The position numbers were made by a program, and so were the translations under genes. The notes under the pieces are model-generated. The model searched no databases, was not told where the DNA came from, and saw only the letters and a program-made list of their open reading frames with translations. A stretch of 63,184 bases of DNA, counting the filler, from Octopus bimaculoides (taxonomy: Eukaryota): NCBI RefSeq assembly GCF_001194135.2. It is 5 parts of 5 records of this genome, joined end to end, with 100 filler letters (N's around TTAATTAATTAA, not from the genome) between each part and the next. Parts side by side here need not be neighbours in the genome. Positions count along the whole stretch, not along the records: positions 8,155 to 15,081 come from NC_068990.1; positions 15,182 to 20,674 come from NC_068982.1; positions 20,775 to 52,051 come from NC_069001.1; 2 more parts are not named here. The stretch is one strand, 5' to 3'. This document shows positions 11,333-24,546 of this stretch, piece after piece; position 1 is the stretch's first letter, and each line of letters begins with the position of its first letter.

Positions 11333-11815
11333 ATATGTGTATATTTGTGTATGTATCTGATTGTGCATGTGTCCGTTTCTGTGTATGTGTGTATGGTTAA
11401 CTATGTATGGACTTGTGTACATGTGTGTATACGTGTCAACTTGTATCATCTACACAACTTGATTCGCACATGCGCATGTACGCCAATATAATTGAGCACG
11501 TAGTGCTGTGTGTGTATGCATGTATGTGTGTATATATGTGTGCATGTGAGTATTTATGTGCGTATATGTGTGTGTGTATTTTCATCATCGTCGTCGTCGT
11601 CGTCATCTTGTCATCATTTAAGTATCCACTTTTCCATCCTTGCATGGGTCAAGCAAAGTTTATTGAAGCGAATATTCTATGTCCGGATGCCTTTCCTGTC
11701 TCCAACCCTCACCTATTTCCAAGCAAAAGTAATATTTTCCTCATGGTCACACATGTCCTCACAGAATATAAGATGCGAATGACACTACTTGTATCACGGT
11801 GATATTCATTTACAT

Positions 11816-12168
11816 CAGTGGTTCTCAACCGGTGTCCATATGACCTCAGAGTGTCCATATAAGATTTTTTTTCAGGTCCACGTAACGAAATAGTAAATTA
11901 GGGACCGACAATAAAATTTGAAGGACTCCTGAAAAAAAATTTGTTGTAGGTGTATATATTGGTGTGTATTGCAAGAAACAACTTGGTTTCTTTCTCTAAC
12001 ATTTTGCATAGATCAACCTACACAAGTTAATGAGTGAAAAACAATATAGGAATTTTGGAAGAAGTTTCTATAAAACTAGTTTTTAAGCATCGAATGACTA
12101 TGGGCGTCTACCAGAGGAAAAATAATAATCAAAGGAGTCCATTGATAAAAAATGGTTGAGAACCCCTG
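11816..12168. mobile_element. hAT-type MITE with 15-bp TIR and 8-bp TSD
   Basis: ATTTACAT|CAGTGGTTCTCAACC ... GGTTGAGAACCCCTG|ATTTACAT; TIR 14/15 identical, perfect 8-bp TSD (11808-11815 and 12169-12176). Confidence 0.92.
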
Positions 12169-12289
12169 ATTTACATCAATCGTAGGATATCGAGACAAGG
12201 AGACACAAACATATACATATATATGTACTCAATGAGTATATATACGTATATATGTAGATATGTGTAGGCATATGCATAACTTTCATCTT

Positions 12290-12500
12290 TATATTTTACT
12301 TATTTCAGTTATACCACTGTAGCCATGCTGAGACACCGCTTTGAAGAAAATTAAGTCAAATGAATCGACCCCAGTTTTCTTTTTTTTTTTTTAATTTTGA
12401 ACCTGGTACTTATTCTATCGGTCTCTTTTGCCGAACCGCTAACTTACCGGGACCTAAACACAGGAAACACGTGGTCAACGGGTTGTAGGAGACAAAAACA
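12290..12500 (-). mobile_element. SINE family B 3' portion (diverged)
   Basis: GGTACTTATTCTATCGGTCTCTTTTGCCGAACCGCTAAC and CCATGCTGAGACACCGC blocks. Confidence 0.7.
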
Positions 12501-12544
12501 GATGTAAATATATGCCACCACCTGACTTTAAAAACATCTTTTAA

Positions 12545-13050
12545 AACATCGTTCAGTCACTCTCCAAGTTTTCCGATAATGCCGGGATCACGCAGCTTGT
12601 GACATATCATACCGTGGTCGGCTTTATCAAATGCTTTTGAAAAATCTAAGTTGAGCAGCTGCTTTAATACCCAATTGTAATGCTGTAAGAGCTGTGTTAG
12701 ACAACTTATACCTGGTTGAAAACCATGCTGGGAATCAGTCAATATGTCATTCTCTTCCAGAAATGCTTATTTGTTCCATGACTTTGCTGTTGAATGAAGT
12801 CAGAGAGATAGGCCTTCAGCATTTAGCATTCGTTCTGCTTTCTTTTTAACGGATAGGGCATATTATTCCCTCATTAAATTTGTCATGGGATTTGCCACTT
12901 GCAAGGAAACTCATAAAAAGAAGCTGCAATGGTTTCCCCTCATTCGAGAAGGATTGACTGGAACCCATCAAGGTCAGCAACTGAATTTGCTTCTACCTCA
13001 TCTATGGACAATAATACATCTTCGATGCCGATGTAATCAATTATTACAAC
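12545..13050 (-). mobile_element. CR1/L2-type LINE reverse transcriptase fragment
   Basis: IDEVEANSVADLDGF, EGIICPI, SLTS..SKVMEQI, QHGFQPGISCLTQLL, LDFSKAFDKADHGMICHKL; multiple frameshifts and stops. Confidence 0.88.
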
Positions 13051-14084
13051 CTCCATGCTTACAGTTGTAGTAACAAAAGACTCTGCTGGTTTGTTCATTT
13101 ACTTGTACCCTATACACATATACACACACATTTATATATATGTATTTATATATCTGTATATATANNNNNNNNNNNNNNNNNNNNNNNNNNNNNNNNNNNN
13201 NNNNNNNNNNNNNNNNNNNNNNNNNNNNNNNNNNNNNNNNNNNNNNNNNNNNNNNNNNNNNNNNNNNNNNNNNNNNNNNNNNNNNNNNNNNNNNNNNNNN
13301 NNNNNNNNNNNNNNNNNNNNNNNNNNNNNNNNNNNNNNNNNNNNNNNNNNNNNNNNNNNNNNNNNNNNNNNNNNNNNNNNNNNNNNNNNNNNNNNNNNNN
13401 NNNNNNNNNNNNNNNNNNNNNNNNNNNNNNNNNNNNNNNNNNNNNNNNNNNNNNNNNNNNNNNNNNNNNNNNNNNNNNNNNNNNNNNNNNNNNNNNNNNN
13501 NNNNNNNNNNNNNNNNNNNNNNNNNNNNNNNNNNNNNNNNNNNNNNNNNNNNNNNNNNNNNNNNNNNNNNNNNNNNNNNNNNNNNNNNNNNNNNNNNNNN
13601 NNNNNNNNNNNNNNNNNNNNNNNNNNNNNNNNNNNNNNNNNNNNNNNNNNNNNNNNNNNNNNNNNNNNNNNNNNNNNNNNNNNNNNNNNNNNNNNNNNNN
13701 NNNNNNNNNNNNNNNNNNNNNNNNNNNNNNNNNNNNNNNNNNNNNNNNNNNNNNNNNNNNNNNNNNNNNNNNNNNNNNNNNNNNNNNNNNNNNNNNNNNN
13801 NNNNNNNNNNNNNNNNNNNNNNNNNNNNNNNNNNNNNNNNNNNNNNNNNNNNNNNNNNNNNNNNNNNNNNNNNNNNNNNNNNNNNNNNNNNNNNNNNNNN
13901 NNNNNNNNNNNNNNNNNNNNNNNNNNNNNNNNNNNNNNNNNNNNNNNNNNNNNNNNNNNNNNNNNNNNNNNNNNNNNNNNNNNNNNNNNNNNNNNNNNNN
14001 NNNNNNNNNNNNNNNNNNNNNNNNNNNNNNNNNNNNNNNNNNNNNNNNNNNNNNNNNNNNNNNNNNNNNNNNNNNNNNNNNNNN

Positions 14085-14118
<34 letters not shown>

Positions 14119-14586
14119 TATATATATATATATATATATACATCTATATATACATAAATATATATATATACACATATACATACACACACATACACACGCA
14201 CTTGTAATTCATGGACATATTTACACAAATGTGTGTTCATCATACACTCGCACACGAGTAGCTTATTTTTCTGAGTCAAAGAAACTACCCAGGTCTCAAG
14301 GCCGACGCCTGTTTTAGTCATTTGAATTTCTCCATGAAGCCACTTGGAACATCTCCATTCCATTTTATGCATTTCGTTTTCGTTTCTTTAGAGATATTTT
14401 GTATGTTTTCTTGTGTTTAATTATTTGTATTATTTTTGTCTGTTACTATTTTATTAGCACACTCTGTTTACTGGAAATAAGCTAGCGATCGCACAGAGTA
14501 AAGTCTTTATCCACTACGACTTTGAAAAATATATTTATGTACACACACACATATAGCTACATATATTTATAGGTATTATAGGTATT

Positions 14587-14627
<41 letters not shown>

Positions 14628-14659
14628 ACATATAGAACTTGGCTTATAAATATTCAAAA

Positions 14660-14733
14660 GAAAATACTATAGCCTCGGACCGACCAAAGCCTTGTAAGTG
14701 GATTTGGTAGACGGAAACTGAAAGAAGCCTGTC

Positions 14734-14771
<38 letters not shown>

Positions 14772-14965
14772 CTCTCCCACCATCACTTGACAACCGATAC
14801 TGGTGTGTTTACGTCCCCGTAACTTAGCGGTTTGGCAAAAGCGAAAGATAGAAGAAGTACTAGACTTACAAAAAATAAGTCCTGGGGTCGATTTCTTCGA
14901 CTAAATGGCGGTGCTCCAGAATGACCGCAGTCAAATGACTGAAACAAATAAAAGAATAAAAGAAT
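14660..14965 (+). mobile_element. SINE family B (5'-truncated)
   Basis: GGATTTGGTAGACGGAAACTGAAAGAAGCC, (GT)n, GGTGTGTTTACGTCCCCGTAACTTAGCGG, tail GGCGGTGCTCCAGAATGACCGCAGTCAAATGACTGAAACAAATAAAAGAATAAAAGAATA. Confidence 0.85.
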
Positions 14966-14992
14966 ATATATTAATATCTATATATAAATATA

Positions 14993-15028
<36 letters not shown>

Positions 15029-15181
15029 AATAATAATGATATTTTTGATAAGCTTAAAGCTTATAAGCGATCACGTGCATTNNNNNNNNNNNNNNNNNNN
15101 NNNNNNNNNNNNNNNNNNNNNNNNNTTAATTAATTAANNNNNNNNNNNNNNNNNNNNNNNNNNNNNNNNNNNNNNNNNNNN

Positions 15182-15261
15182 ACCACAGCACATACCCAAG
15201 GCACACAGAGCTGCGCTCGGTAGTGAAGTGAAAGCACATTATAAAAATAAAACTACTGAAC

Positions 15262-15331
<70 letters not shown>

Positions 15332-15391
15332 GTAATAGTAATAATAATAATAGTAATAGTAATAATAATAATAGTAATAATAATAATAATG

Positions 15392-15422
<31 letters not shown>

Positions 15423-15445
15423 CAACAACAATAATAATGATGATA
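15182..15445 (+). mobile_element. R4/Dong-like non-LTR 3' end with (TAA)n tail
   Basis: ACCACAGCACATACCCAAGGCACACAGAGCTGCGCTCGGTAGTGAAGTGAAAGCAC...AAAACTACTGAA then long (AAT)n. Nearly identical to the end at 59470-59550, which is preceded by ILRKTLSIQ. Confidence 0.65.
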
Positions 15446-15519
15446 ATCCTTTCTGCTATAAGCACAAAGCGCAAAAAATGATGCAATAGAAATTTGCTTG
15501 AAACTATCAGATGCCGAAT

Positions 15520-16080
15520 AGTAATAGTGGCGATGACGTTGGTGACGAACATTGCCTAACTTCAAATTATGAGACAGGAGTTTTCGAAGAAATTCTGATG
15601 GTAGCAACGAAAATTAATCTGGACCTTTAGGGAAAGGCGTTTGGCTCAGCAGTGGTTCAGTAAAGATGTAGACTGACCACAACTGTTATCCTAATAAAGC
15701 ATTCAGCAGATAATAGAGTAAGAAGGACGAAGTGGACCAGCGAAAAGAACAGGATGGTGATGCAGTGCTACTTAGAAAGCGAACTTAAAAGAAGGGGATA
15801 TAGATGTTAACACTTTGGGTAGAGAAGGGTATGTTTAAAGTGACTGGGCAGAGATTAGTAGATCAAGCTAATGTTGTTAGGAGAAGAAAGTGGATGACAG
15901 AATTGGAGGTAGAAGAGATCACAAGAGAACCGGAAAAGAAAGACCAGGCAGAAGGAGAGACAAACAACAACATAAGAGATACAGCTCAAGAACCTAAAAG
16001 AAAAAATAATAATAACGCTACAATAAGGAAAGGGACAACTATTCCTCATTTCGAACATTCAACGACAATCCCATAAATAC
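15520..16080 (+). mobile_element. R4/Dong-like non-LTR ORF N-terminal fragment
   Basis: RTKWTSEKNRMVMQCYLESELKRRGYR / MLTLWVEKGMFKVTGQRLVDQANVVRRRKWMTELEVEEI resembles the N-terminal W...CY...GYR.RM..W...QRL.DQ...WL...E.EEI domain of R4/Dong-clade elements; one frameshift. Confidence 0.65.
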
Positions 16081-16399
16081 CAAAACAAAAATTTTGAATT
16101 TATTGGGGGGGGGGGTCAAAGTTGGGAACAAAAACAGGTCAGTGAAGACATACAAGTAAACCGAACGAAAACAAACATGGAGGGTCGTTAGACCAGAACG
16201 AAAGGAAAATAGTGAACGCTGGGAAAATATTTTTGTTGAAAAGAGAAAAAGTTAGAAGAGAAAGATAGAAGACGTCCTTCCATTGTGTTGATGTCCCACT
16301 TTCTATCATCAGTAAAACTGTGGGCATTTTTGATGACACAGGTATGCTAGTATATATTTATATGTATATGTATGTATGCGTGTGTGTGTGTGTGTACCA

Positions 16400-16650
16400 C
16401 GGGTAAAGAATGGCTATAAGAGGGATCATGTTGAACGGATGTAGAGGCAATTATGCGGATAAACAAATTAGATATATTAAATAGATCAAACTTACTCAGA
16501 GTACAAACGACAGAGAAAATTGAAGGGGTGAGAGAAAGGTGTTTTAAGTCCAACAGCTGTATGTAGGGGCTCGGAGATCCATCATATTGTTGGTATATGC
16601 AGTTCATCACAACATGCGACTGTAATGGAAGCAATCAACGTTGGATAAGA
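16400..16650 (-). mobile_element. Possible LINE RT C-terminal remnant
   Basis: MNCIYQQYDGSPSPYIQLLD loosely resembles MEYCSHIWxG...xLLDR of CR1/Jockey-group RTs; weak. Confidence 0.3.
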
Positions 16651-17635
16651 CCCCGTAATCTGGGTAGCAAAGATCTAACATTTCAGATCTTAGTACAGAG
16701 AAGTTTAAAGATGGAATGATTAAATGTGGAGAGCTAGCGTATTAGAGGGGTGAAGTAGGAAGATCGGTGGGGTTATGGGAAGTGTTAAGGCTGGTCGTTT
16801 GTACTTTGTGTAAGTCGGATCTTTTAATACAAATATCTATATAATTATACTTAAATATTCATCTGAAAGTCTTCACTCTTTGCTTTCTCTCATTTTGTGT
16901 GTATACACATATACACATTTTGTAATTCATACCCAAACTGTTATATTTAATATATCTAATTTGCCATTGTCTCTCTATCTATCTCTGTCTCTGTTTCTCC
17001 TTCATCCACCCCTCTCTCTCTCTTTCTCTTTATATATATATATATANNNNNNNNNNNNNNNNNNNNNNNNNNNNNNNNNNNNNNNNNNNNNNNNNNNNNN
17101 NNNNNNNNNNNNNNNNNNNNNNNNNNNNNNNNNNNNNNNNNNNNNNNNNNNNNNNNNNNNNNNNNNNNNNNNNNNNNNNNNNNNNNNNNNNNNNNNNNNN
17201 NNNNNNNNNNNNNNNNNNNNNNNNNNNNNNNNNNNNNNNNNNNNNNNNNNNNNNNNNNNNNNNNNNNNNNNNNNNNNNNNNNNNNNNNNNNNNNNNNNNN
17301 NNNNNNNNNNNNNNNNNNNNNNNNNNNNNNNNNNNNNNNNNNNNNNNNNNNNNNNNNNNNNNNNNNNNNNNNNNNNNNNNNNNNNNNNNNNNNNNNNNNN
17401 NNNNNNNNNNNNNNNNNNNNNNNNNNNNNNNNNNNNNNNNNNNNNNNNNNNNNNNNNNNNNNNNNNNNNNNNNNNNNNNNNNNNNNNNNNNNNNNNNNNN
17501 NNNNNNNNNNNNNNNNNNNNNNNNNNNNNNNNNNNNNNNNNNNNNNNNNNNNNNNNNNNNNNNNNNNNNNNNNNNNNNNNNNNNNNNNNNNNNNNNNNNN
17601 NNNNNNNNNNNNNNNNNNNNNNNNNNNNNNNNTCT

Positions 17636-17713
<78 letters not shown>

Positions 17714-18249
17714 TCCTTGTAATATGTAAATTGTACCAATCAATCAGTCATTATGTATGTATGTATGTATTATGTATGACTGAAATAAGTAAAACCTAAG
17801 AGATACACACACACACACACACACACACAATAGTAGGCTGGAACCGGAGTACGTGATCCAACCATCACTATCTGCTAATTTCCTTGTGTGGGGATCTACT
17901 GCATTTCTACCATGAGCATGTTCCAAACAAAGCACTTGTCAACAATCTGGGCGCAATTATCTGAGAACTCTCTGTCAAGATTTCCAGAGATCAAAGGAAA
18001 CTGTCAAAATGTAATTATGAGTACGGTGAAAGTCTCTGCATCCTGATACCTTCTTAACATATACTCTTACACAATTAGTACCCGGTACTCGAATCAAAAG
18101 CATCTTCCAGTAGGGCCATGCCAATTTCGTTTCTTCCATGAAAAAGCACAGTTACTTCACATATCTAAAAACATAACGCACTTAATTCTCGTTAAACAAA
18201 TTACCCAGCTGAAGTTCCCATGATTACTTCAAATGCTTTGCCACACCAT

Positions 18250-18640
18250 CTCTCGAAGCTGTTCTGAGGAAAGCGCACATTTTCAGGATCATAAAGGTTA
18301 CATAAAAAATGGTTTTCCTACTTGGACCAGAACGTATTTCATCTATCAAGAACGAGTAAATCCCTATAAAGCCCATTTAAAACCTACAATACTCTCTAAC
18401 TATACAGCATTGGGTTTTCTAGGCCGATTACGCATAAACACATGACGCACGAATGTGGAGAAGGCAAACTAAAACCAGTAACTGATCACGTAATTTACTT
18501 GTGGCAAGAATCTTGGCATAGATGTAAGTACTATTTTGTATAGGTGTAGATGTGAGGTCAGATGAAACAAAAGAGTACCAATTTTGCAGGAAAATCAGAT
18601 TCTGCAATGCAATCGACTTATGTTGAATCTCTTTCATTTT
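18250..18640 (-). mobile_element. RTE-type LINE RT C-terminal remnant
   Basis: Decayed QNWYSFVSSD..NSTYIYAKILATSKLR, RHVFMRNRPRK/PMLYS and ILKMCAF segments follow the order of the RTE C-terminus (IxWxDxVxN..QLRWxGHVxRM..LYxEL..DLK). Confidence 0.5.
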
Positions 18641-18869
18641 CTGCGATACAGATATGACAGGAATACTCTTGCTGCTGTATCATCCTAAGTTGGGCTTGAT
18701 CAAAGGCATTCTATTTGCGCTATTTCCGTCTTTTTAAGGGATGAAGATCGACAATTTCTAATGCATCCTTTCTTTTTCATAATTCGGTAGAATGTCATAT
18801 TGCTGTCTCAGCGAAACTTTTCACATATCACTTGCAGACATCGTGAAAAAAGTACTTCTTCGAGTCCTA

Positions 18870-19115
18870 GAGCTTACAGGGACGGTTACCCGGTTTCCCC
18901 GGTGCATAAATGACCAAGATCACCATACCCCTTAATCATCGTTAAACAAATTACTGGACGTCAGCCTGCCACTAGGTTACTCACAGTAGTGGATTAGAAC
19001 TACGTGAAGCGAAGTGTTTTGCTCAACATGGCATCAGCCGACGGGGGTATCAAAGCCACAGTCTTGCAATCATGAATGCGACTCTTCTAACTACTAGGCC
19101 ACTAGCCTTCGCAGT
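18870..19115 (-). mobile_element. tRNA-derived SINE (diverged)
   Basis: Minus strand TGGCCTAGTAGTTAG (A box), GCTTTGATACCC (degenerate B box), TTGAGCAAAACACTT, GGGAAACCGGG; related to 56492-56780 and 53320-53460. Confidence 0.55.
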
Positions 19116-19784
19116 AGAGTATGAGTTGATGGAATTTTGATTGCTTTTCCTTGCAGATCGAGTGACCATACTGAGACACTCTTACTGAATCTTGCTGAAA
19201 GACAGTGCTTTCTGAAGAACTTGACAAATGACATACGTGTACCAATTTAAAATACTTCACGTTACCTTTGAAATTCATGCATATCTAGTAGAACATAGTA
19301 CTAACAATGAGTGCATTTGATACCCAAAGAAGTTATATGTAGTCTTTCGTTGTTTACATTTACAATTAGGTAGGTTCAAGTACAGACAGTTTAATGTCTT
19401 CACTGGGATCACCATTTAAGAACGATGACGTGGCAAGACCATTGCTTCATAACACACCGACCGAAGCAGTTATAACCTTATAATATTGTTGTTGCTATTG
19501 TTGTTAAGCTCCATGGCAGTCTTAATCGACCAGATGGTTGTTGTTGTTTAGTGTAAAGTAGCCATGATCAAGTAGTGTACCTAGGACTACATAATCTAGA
19601 AAGACGGTTGGGTGGGGCTGAAGTGTGATTTGGTAGCTTATTTTATCAAGCCCAACGAACAAGTCCTTAGAAGACCTACGTTGATAATGAACTCAGCCGC
19701 TACAGATCTAATACCTGATGGCTTTACGAGACATTTAGACATACAACAGGTTCACAAAGTAAAAGAAAAATAATTAACATCAGG

Positions 19785-19960
19785 TATAACTGTGTGGTAA
19801 AAAAAAAAAAATGGCTTCTCGGTCACGTGGCTCTGAGTTCAGTCCCACTGGATAGCACCTTCGTAAAGTGTCTTCTACTAGAGCTCCTGTTTGACCAAAA
19901 CCTTTGGCTGAATTTGTCAGATGGAAACAGAAGGAAGACTGTTGTGCGTGTGAATGAATT
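19785..19960 (+). mobile_element. SINE family B head
   Basis: TGTGTGGTAA...GAGTTCAGTCCCACTG...GTGTCTTCTACTAGAG...GATGGAAACAGAAGGAAG. Confidence 0.7.
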
Positions 19961-19981
19961 TATATATATATATATATATGA

Positions 19982-20025
<44 letters not shown>

Positions 20026-20620
20026 GTGTGTGTGTGTGTGTGTGAGTGTGCATGTATTTGCGCTTCCTACTGTAACATTATATGATAGTTATAACTTATT
20101 GTCACCTTGATACAAGCGATGTCTTCATTTCCAGCCTTCCATGAAAACGTGTTTGGTCATGGCAAAAAAATGTTGTTTGGAAAGGCGTTTTGGTGACAGG
20201 AAGGGCATAAGGCTGTAGAATATCTGCTTCAGGAATTCCATTTGATCATCCCAGGAATAGAAAAGTGGGTATTAAAAGAGGATACCAAAGTTGATGATGA
20301 TGTCTTTTTCAGAGCACACGTGTCCGTTTGATTCATTGCACAGGATGTTGTGCGATAAGCTGGACAGTTGCTTTCCTTATCATACAATCAATAAAAGAGT
20401 GTTACTTCAAAGTGTTTTCTATACATAAACCACAACCCTGCCTAATATTTTTAGTGGTCATCATCATCAGTTAAAAACAACTCCTGAAAAAAAGGCAGTA
20501 AAACCAACAAAAATGAGCAACAAAAAACACAACAGTTTAAAGGAAAGATTAAATAATTATGTGAAACTTTCATAAGTGCCATCAATATTTTCTTTATTCA
20601 TTGATAAATTTGCATGTTTA

Positions 20621-20674
<54 letters not shown>

Positions 20675-20774
20675 NNNNNNNNNNNNNNNNNNNNNNNNNN
20701 NNNNNNNNNNNNNNNNNNTTAATTAATTAANNNNNNNNNNNNNNNNNNNNNNNNNNNNNNNNNNNNNNNNNNNN

Positions 20775-20817
<43 letters not shown>

Positions 20818-21221
20818 TATATGTATACCTTTGCTGTTTTGCCTTATCTTATCAGGACCTTCATTCCACCGCCATCATCCCTTCCCTTGGTATCTTAATG
20901 TGAAAACACTTTCTGGGCAGTTCCCTTTCTTATCTTCTCTATTTTCTAGCTTCTTCTTCTTCTCCTTCTCCTCCTCTCTGCCCCACCAATGCAGGTCCCT
21001 TTCTGTCATCCACAGAAAGAGAGGGAGAAAGAGAAAGATACTATGTAAAAGGCTGTGTGTATATGTATGTATAAACATATATAAATAAGTGTGTGTGCAT
21101 GTTTTCTTTTTCTACTTAGCAGTTATTCATGAGATGATAAAGAACTCTGGTATCAAATACCATTTCTTAAAGAACATAGTCTAACTGCCTGCTTACCTGC
21201 TTACTTTTCTCCATGTCTATA

Positions 21222-21252
<31 letters not shown>

Positions 21253-21750
21253 GCATGCATACATGTCTGTGTATACCACATAGTTTCAGGTTCAGTCCCA
21301 CTATACAGCATCTTGGGCAAATAGCTTGTGCGTGAACTTGGTTGGGGGAAACTGCGTGGAAGCATGTCGTTGTTTGTCCCCACCACCACTTGACAACTGG
21401 TGCTAGTTTGTTTACATCCCTGTCCCTTAGCAGTTTAGCAAAAGAGACTTAGAGATATATGCTGGAGTCACTTTGTTCAAGGACTGAAACGAGTAAAACA
21501 AAAGTAAAAACAAATTTGTATAGTTTGGAACAACCCTTTAGCATTTAAACCAACCATATCTGGCCCAAATCTTTTACTTGTTTTATGTTCAAACTGCCCA
21601 GATCCAGCCTCTTGCACTTACCCTGAAATGTCATTCTAAGAAGTCACTCTTACATTTAAAGTCTTGAAAGTATGAGATGATGAATGATTAAGTCAAAGCA
21701 AATAGATAAGAAATAAGCATTACATTTGACAGAGTGATTTGAATGCTTAA

Positions 21751-21904
21751 CTTTTTCGTTACCGTATTTCTGTAAAATGATTTGGTTATCATTCAGCTAG
21801 TGTTAAGAACATAAATTGTGACTAAGGTTTGGTAGAACAAATGAAAACAAGGCATTTGTTCTATAAAGCCAGAGGCGGTTTCAGCCAAGTTGGTAATGAA
21901 AGGG
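21751..21904. mobile_element. piggyBac-like (TTAA) MITE
   Basis: TTAA|CTTTTTCGTTACC ... GGTAATGAAAGGG|TTAA (TIR 10/13). A CCCTTTAGCATT-type MITE abuts it at about 21535-21746; diverged relatives in opposite orientation at about 41400-41630 and 41690-41930. Confidence 0.6.
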
Positions 21905-23814
21905 TTAATGGTTAATTACAGACAGTGAATCTCATGGCCTCTGATCTTAACTGATTGGAAGTGTTATCATGTACATGTTTTGCCTTGGTATAAAAGATGG
22001 GTCACAGTAAATATTCTACACAATACCACAGATTTGCAAACATGCTACAGTTGAGCATCCCTTAGTGGCTGACAATTTGTGCATCTCTGATCACAAGCAG
22101 TAGTGGAGGAGCATCATAGCCATGTATTGAGAGGAATAATCCATCCCTGGAAACGTGGGTGTTTCAATCATCATCCTTAAACAACTCTTATTCAGGGACC
22201 TTTTGAGTGGGATGGGCTACTTGACCTGAAAAAACAAAATTCTAACTGGGCCCCATTTGCAAGGTCATGCACAGTTTCTCTTGATATAAGATCACCATGT
22301 CGTGCATATGAGGTTGTGATGCAGGTGCTTTATGTACCCTCATCAGATGAGTAGACAGGATGGGTGTTTTAGACTTCCTATATTTGTACCCCAACATCAT
22401 TTTGATAGCATGTGCTGCTCTCGCAATAATAACGAAAATAATTGTAACATCCTTTGAGGAAAATCTCTTAAAATTTCTTATTGGATTTCATTTGGAGTCG
22501 AGTAAACATCTGACTCACTGGGAAATCTTTGCCTCTCATTACGTATCTACCTTGGAGTGAAGGTGGGGGTAGAGCCAAAGGAGGGGGGGGGGTAAATGAT
22601 TTGCATATTTTACTTGGAAATGTTTCTGAGAAAGTTGAAAGACAAACCAAAGCCATGGCATCATTCATAGTTTATAGTTTATGAGGAAAAAACCTCTTTC
22701 ACAAAATGTTTTTTTTTTTGTTTTTTGAGGTTGTTTTTTTCATTTAAGAAACACGTATAAGTGTGTTTGTGTGTTCAATGTCTGTGTGTGTGTGTGTGTT
22801 TTGTAATCCTAGCTCTGTCTTATTAAGTATTATAAGGAGACACTCATTCTTGTATTGTTGCTTAACAATGTCCTCTCTCTATCTCTCTCCTTCTATCTAT
22901 TTATCTATCTATCTGTCTCCTTCTTCCTCTCTTTTTCTCTCTCTGACTCTCCTCTCTCTCTCCCCCCCCTCTCCCTCCTTCCAAGAATATGATTCACAAC
23001 GCCTGTGTTTCAATTGTCTCTAATTCTTCTAAGCTGCTCTCTCTCTCTCTCTCTCTTTCTCCTATTCTCTCTCGCTCTCTCTCCTTTTCCAAATTGTCTT
23101 CTTATCAACTATAAATGAATGAATGAATGAATGAATAGGGAGAGAAGAAAGAGGCGGCTAAAAATCAAATAAAACTAAAATAAAATCAAAATATGAATGA
23201 AAGTTTCTGTTGTCACATTCTTTACATTAAGAATTTCGAAGGTGGCTGTGTGTGAGTGGGGGGGGGGGNNNNNNNNNNNNNNNNNNNNNNNNNNNNNNNN
23301 NNNNNNNNNNNNNNNNNNNNNNNNNNNNATATAAAACAAAAACAAAACAAAATAAAATCTTCCGTCCCGAACTCTGTTAAACATTGTAATTACTTTTATT
23401 ATTCGGAAAAGGAGAATGGAATATTTTATGAAACATGAGTGGTAATCTTCCAGCTGCATCTTCAAAAAATGGTAAAAATTCTTTAAATGGAAGCAGTTTC
23501 TTTCTTGCTTTGTTTGCAGTTTTTAACGAAGATTGTTCTAATGGAATGGTTACAAAGACAATGATGATGATGATAATGATGTTGATGTTTTTGAAAATAA
23601 AATATGGTGTGAAAGTGAATGAATGTAAAGGAAGAATTGGTGGAAAGAAGCAGAATCAGTGGAGTGCTGGAATAAATGTCATGTCTTGTTGTGAAAACTT
23701 TTGGCCTAGTGGTTAGGGTGGTGCACTTACAATTGTAAAGATTGTAGTTTCAATTCCTGGGTCAGTCAATGTGTTATGTTTGTTCTTGGTGTTGATGATC
23801 ATTAGTATATATAT

Positions 23815-24130
23815 AGGAACACTCCGTCGGTTACGACAATGAGGGTCCCAGCTGATACGATCAACGGAACAGCTTGATCGTGAAATTAACATACAAGTGG
23901 CTGAATGCTCCACAGACACATATACTCTTAGTGTAGTTCTGAGGGAGATTCGGGATAACACAGAGTGTGACAAGGCTGGCCCCTTTGAAATACAGGTCCT
24001 ACTCATTTTTGCCAGCTAAGTGAACTGGAGCAATGTGAAATAAAGTGTCTTGCTCAAGGGCACAATGTGTCACCGGAAATTGAACTCACGACCTTACAAA
24101 TGTGAGCCGAATGCCCTAACCACTAAGCCA
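23815..24130 (-). mobile_element. tRNA-derived SINE family D
   Basis: Minus strand GTGGCTTAGTGGTTAGGGCATTCGGCTCACATTTGTAAGGTCGTGAGTTCAATTTCCGG is a tRNA-like head with A and B boxes, followed by CCCTTGAGCAAGACACTTTATTTCACATTGCTCCAGTTCAC. Confidence 0.8.
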
Positions 24131-24153
24131 CATAATATATGTACATATATGTC

Positions 24154-24207
<54 letters not shown>

Positions 24208-24505
24208 TGCATGTAATGCACATGTGTGTGGTGATGTGGGGAGTTAGTCTCTGTCTCCTTGCTTTGACATTGTGCAGTAGTTGTAAATGAGCACCACTGT
24301 CATACATGCAGTGTCCTTTGTTTCCAATCATCCATGAAAATGTGTGGACATGGGGAAATATTTTCTTACTTAGAAACAGGTGAGGGTTGGTGACAGAAAG
24401 GGCATCCAGCCATAGAAAATCTGCCTTGACAAATTCTATTTGACCCCATGCAAACATGGAAAAGTGGTCATTAAAAGAAGAAAAAAAAAATGGTTGTGGT
24501 GACCG

Positions 24506-24546
<41 letters not shown>

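Noticed and set aside
16285-16320. Minus-strand CTGATGA-TA-GAAA flanked by CCCAC/GTGGG (stem-II-less hammerhead?)
   Set aside because: No U16.1-H17 site in register, and no stem I or stem II; probably chance.
23815-24130. tRNA gene calls from tRNA-like heads (also 56492-56560 and family B heads)
   Set aside because: No complete cloverleaf or acceptor stem; each continues into a SINE body.
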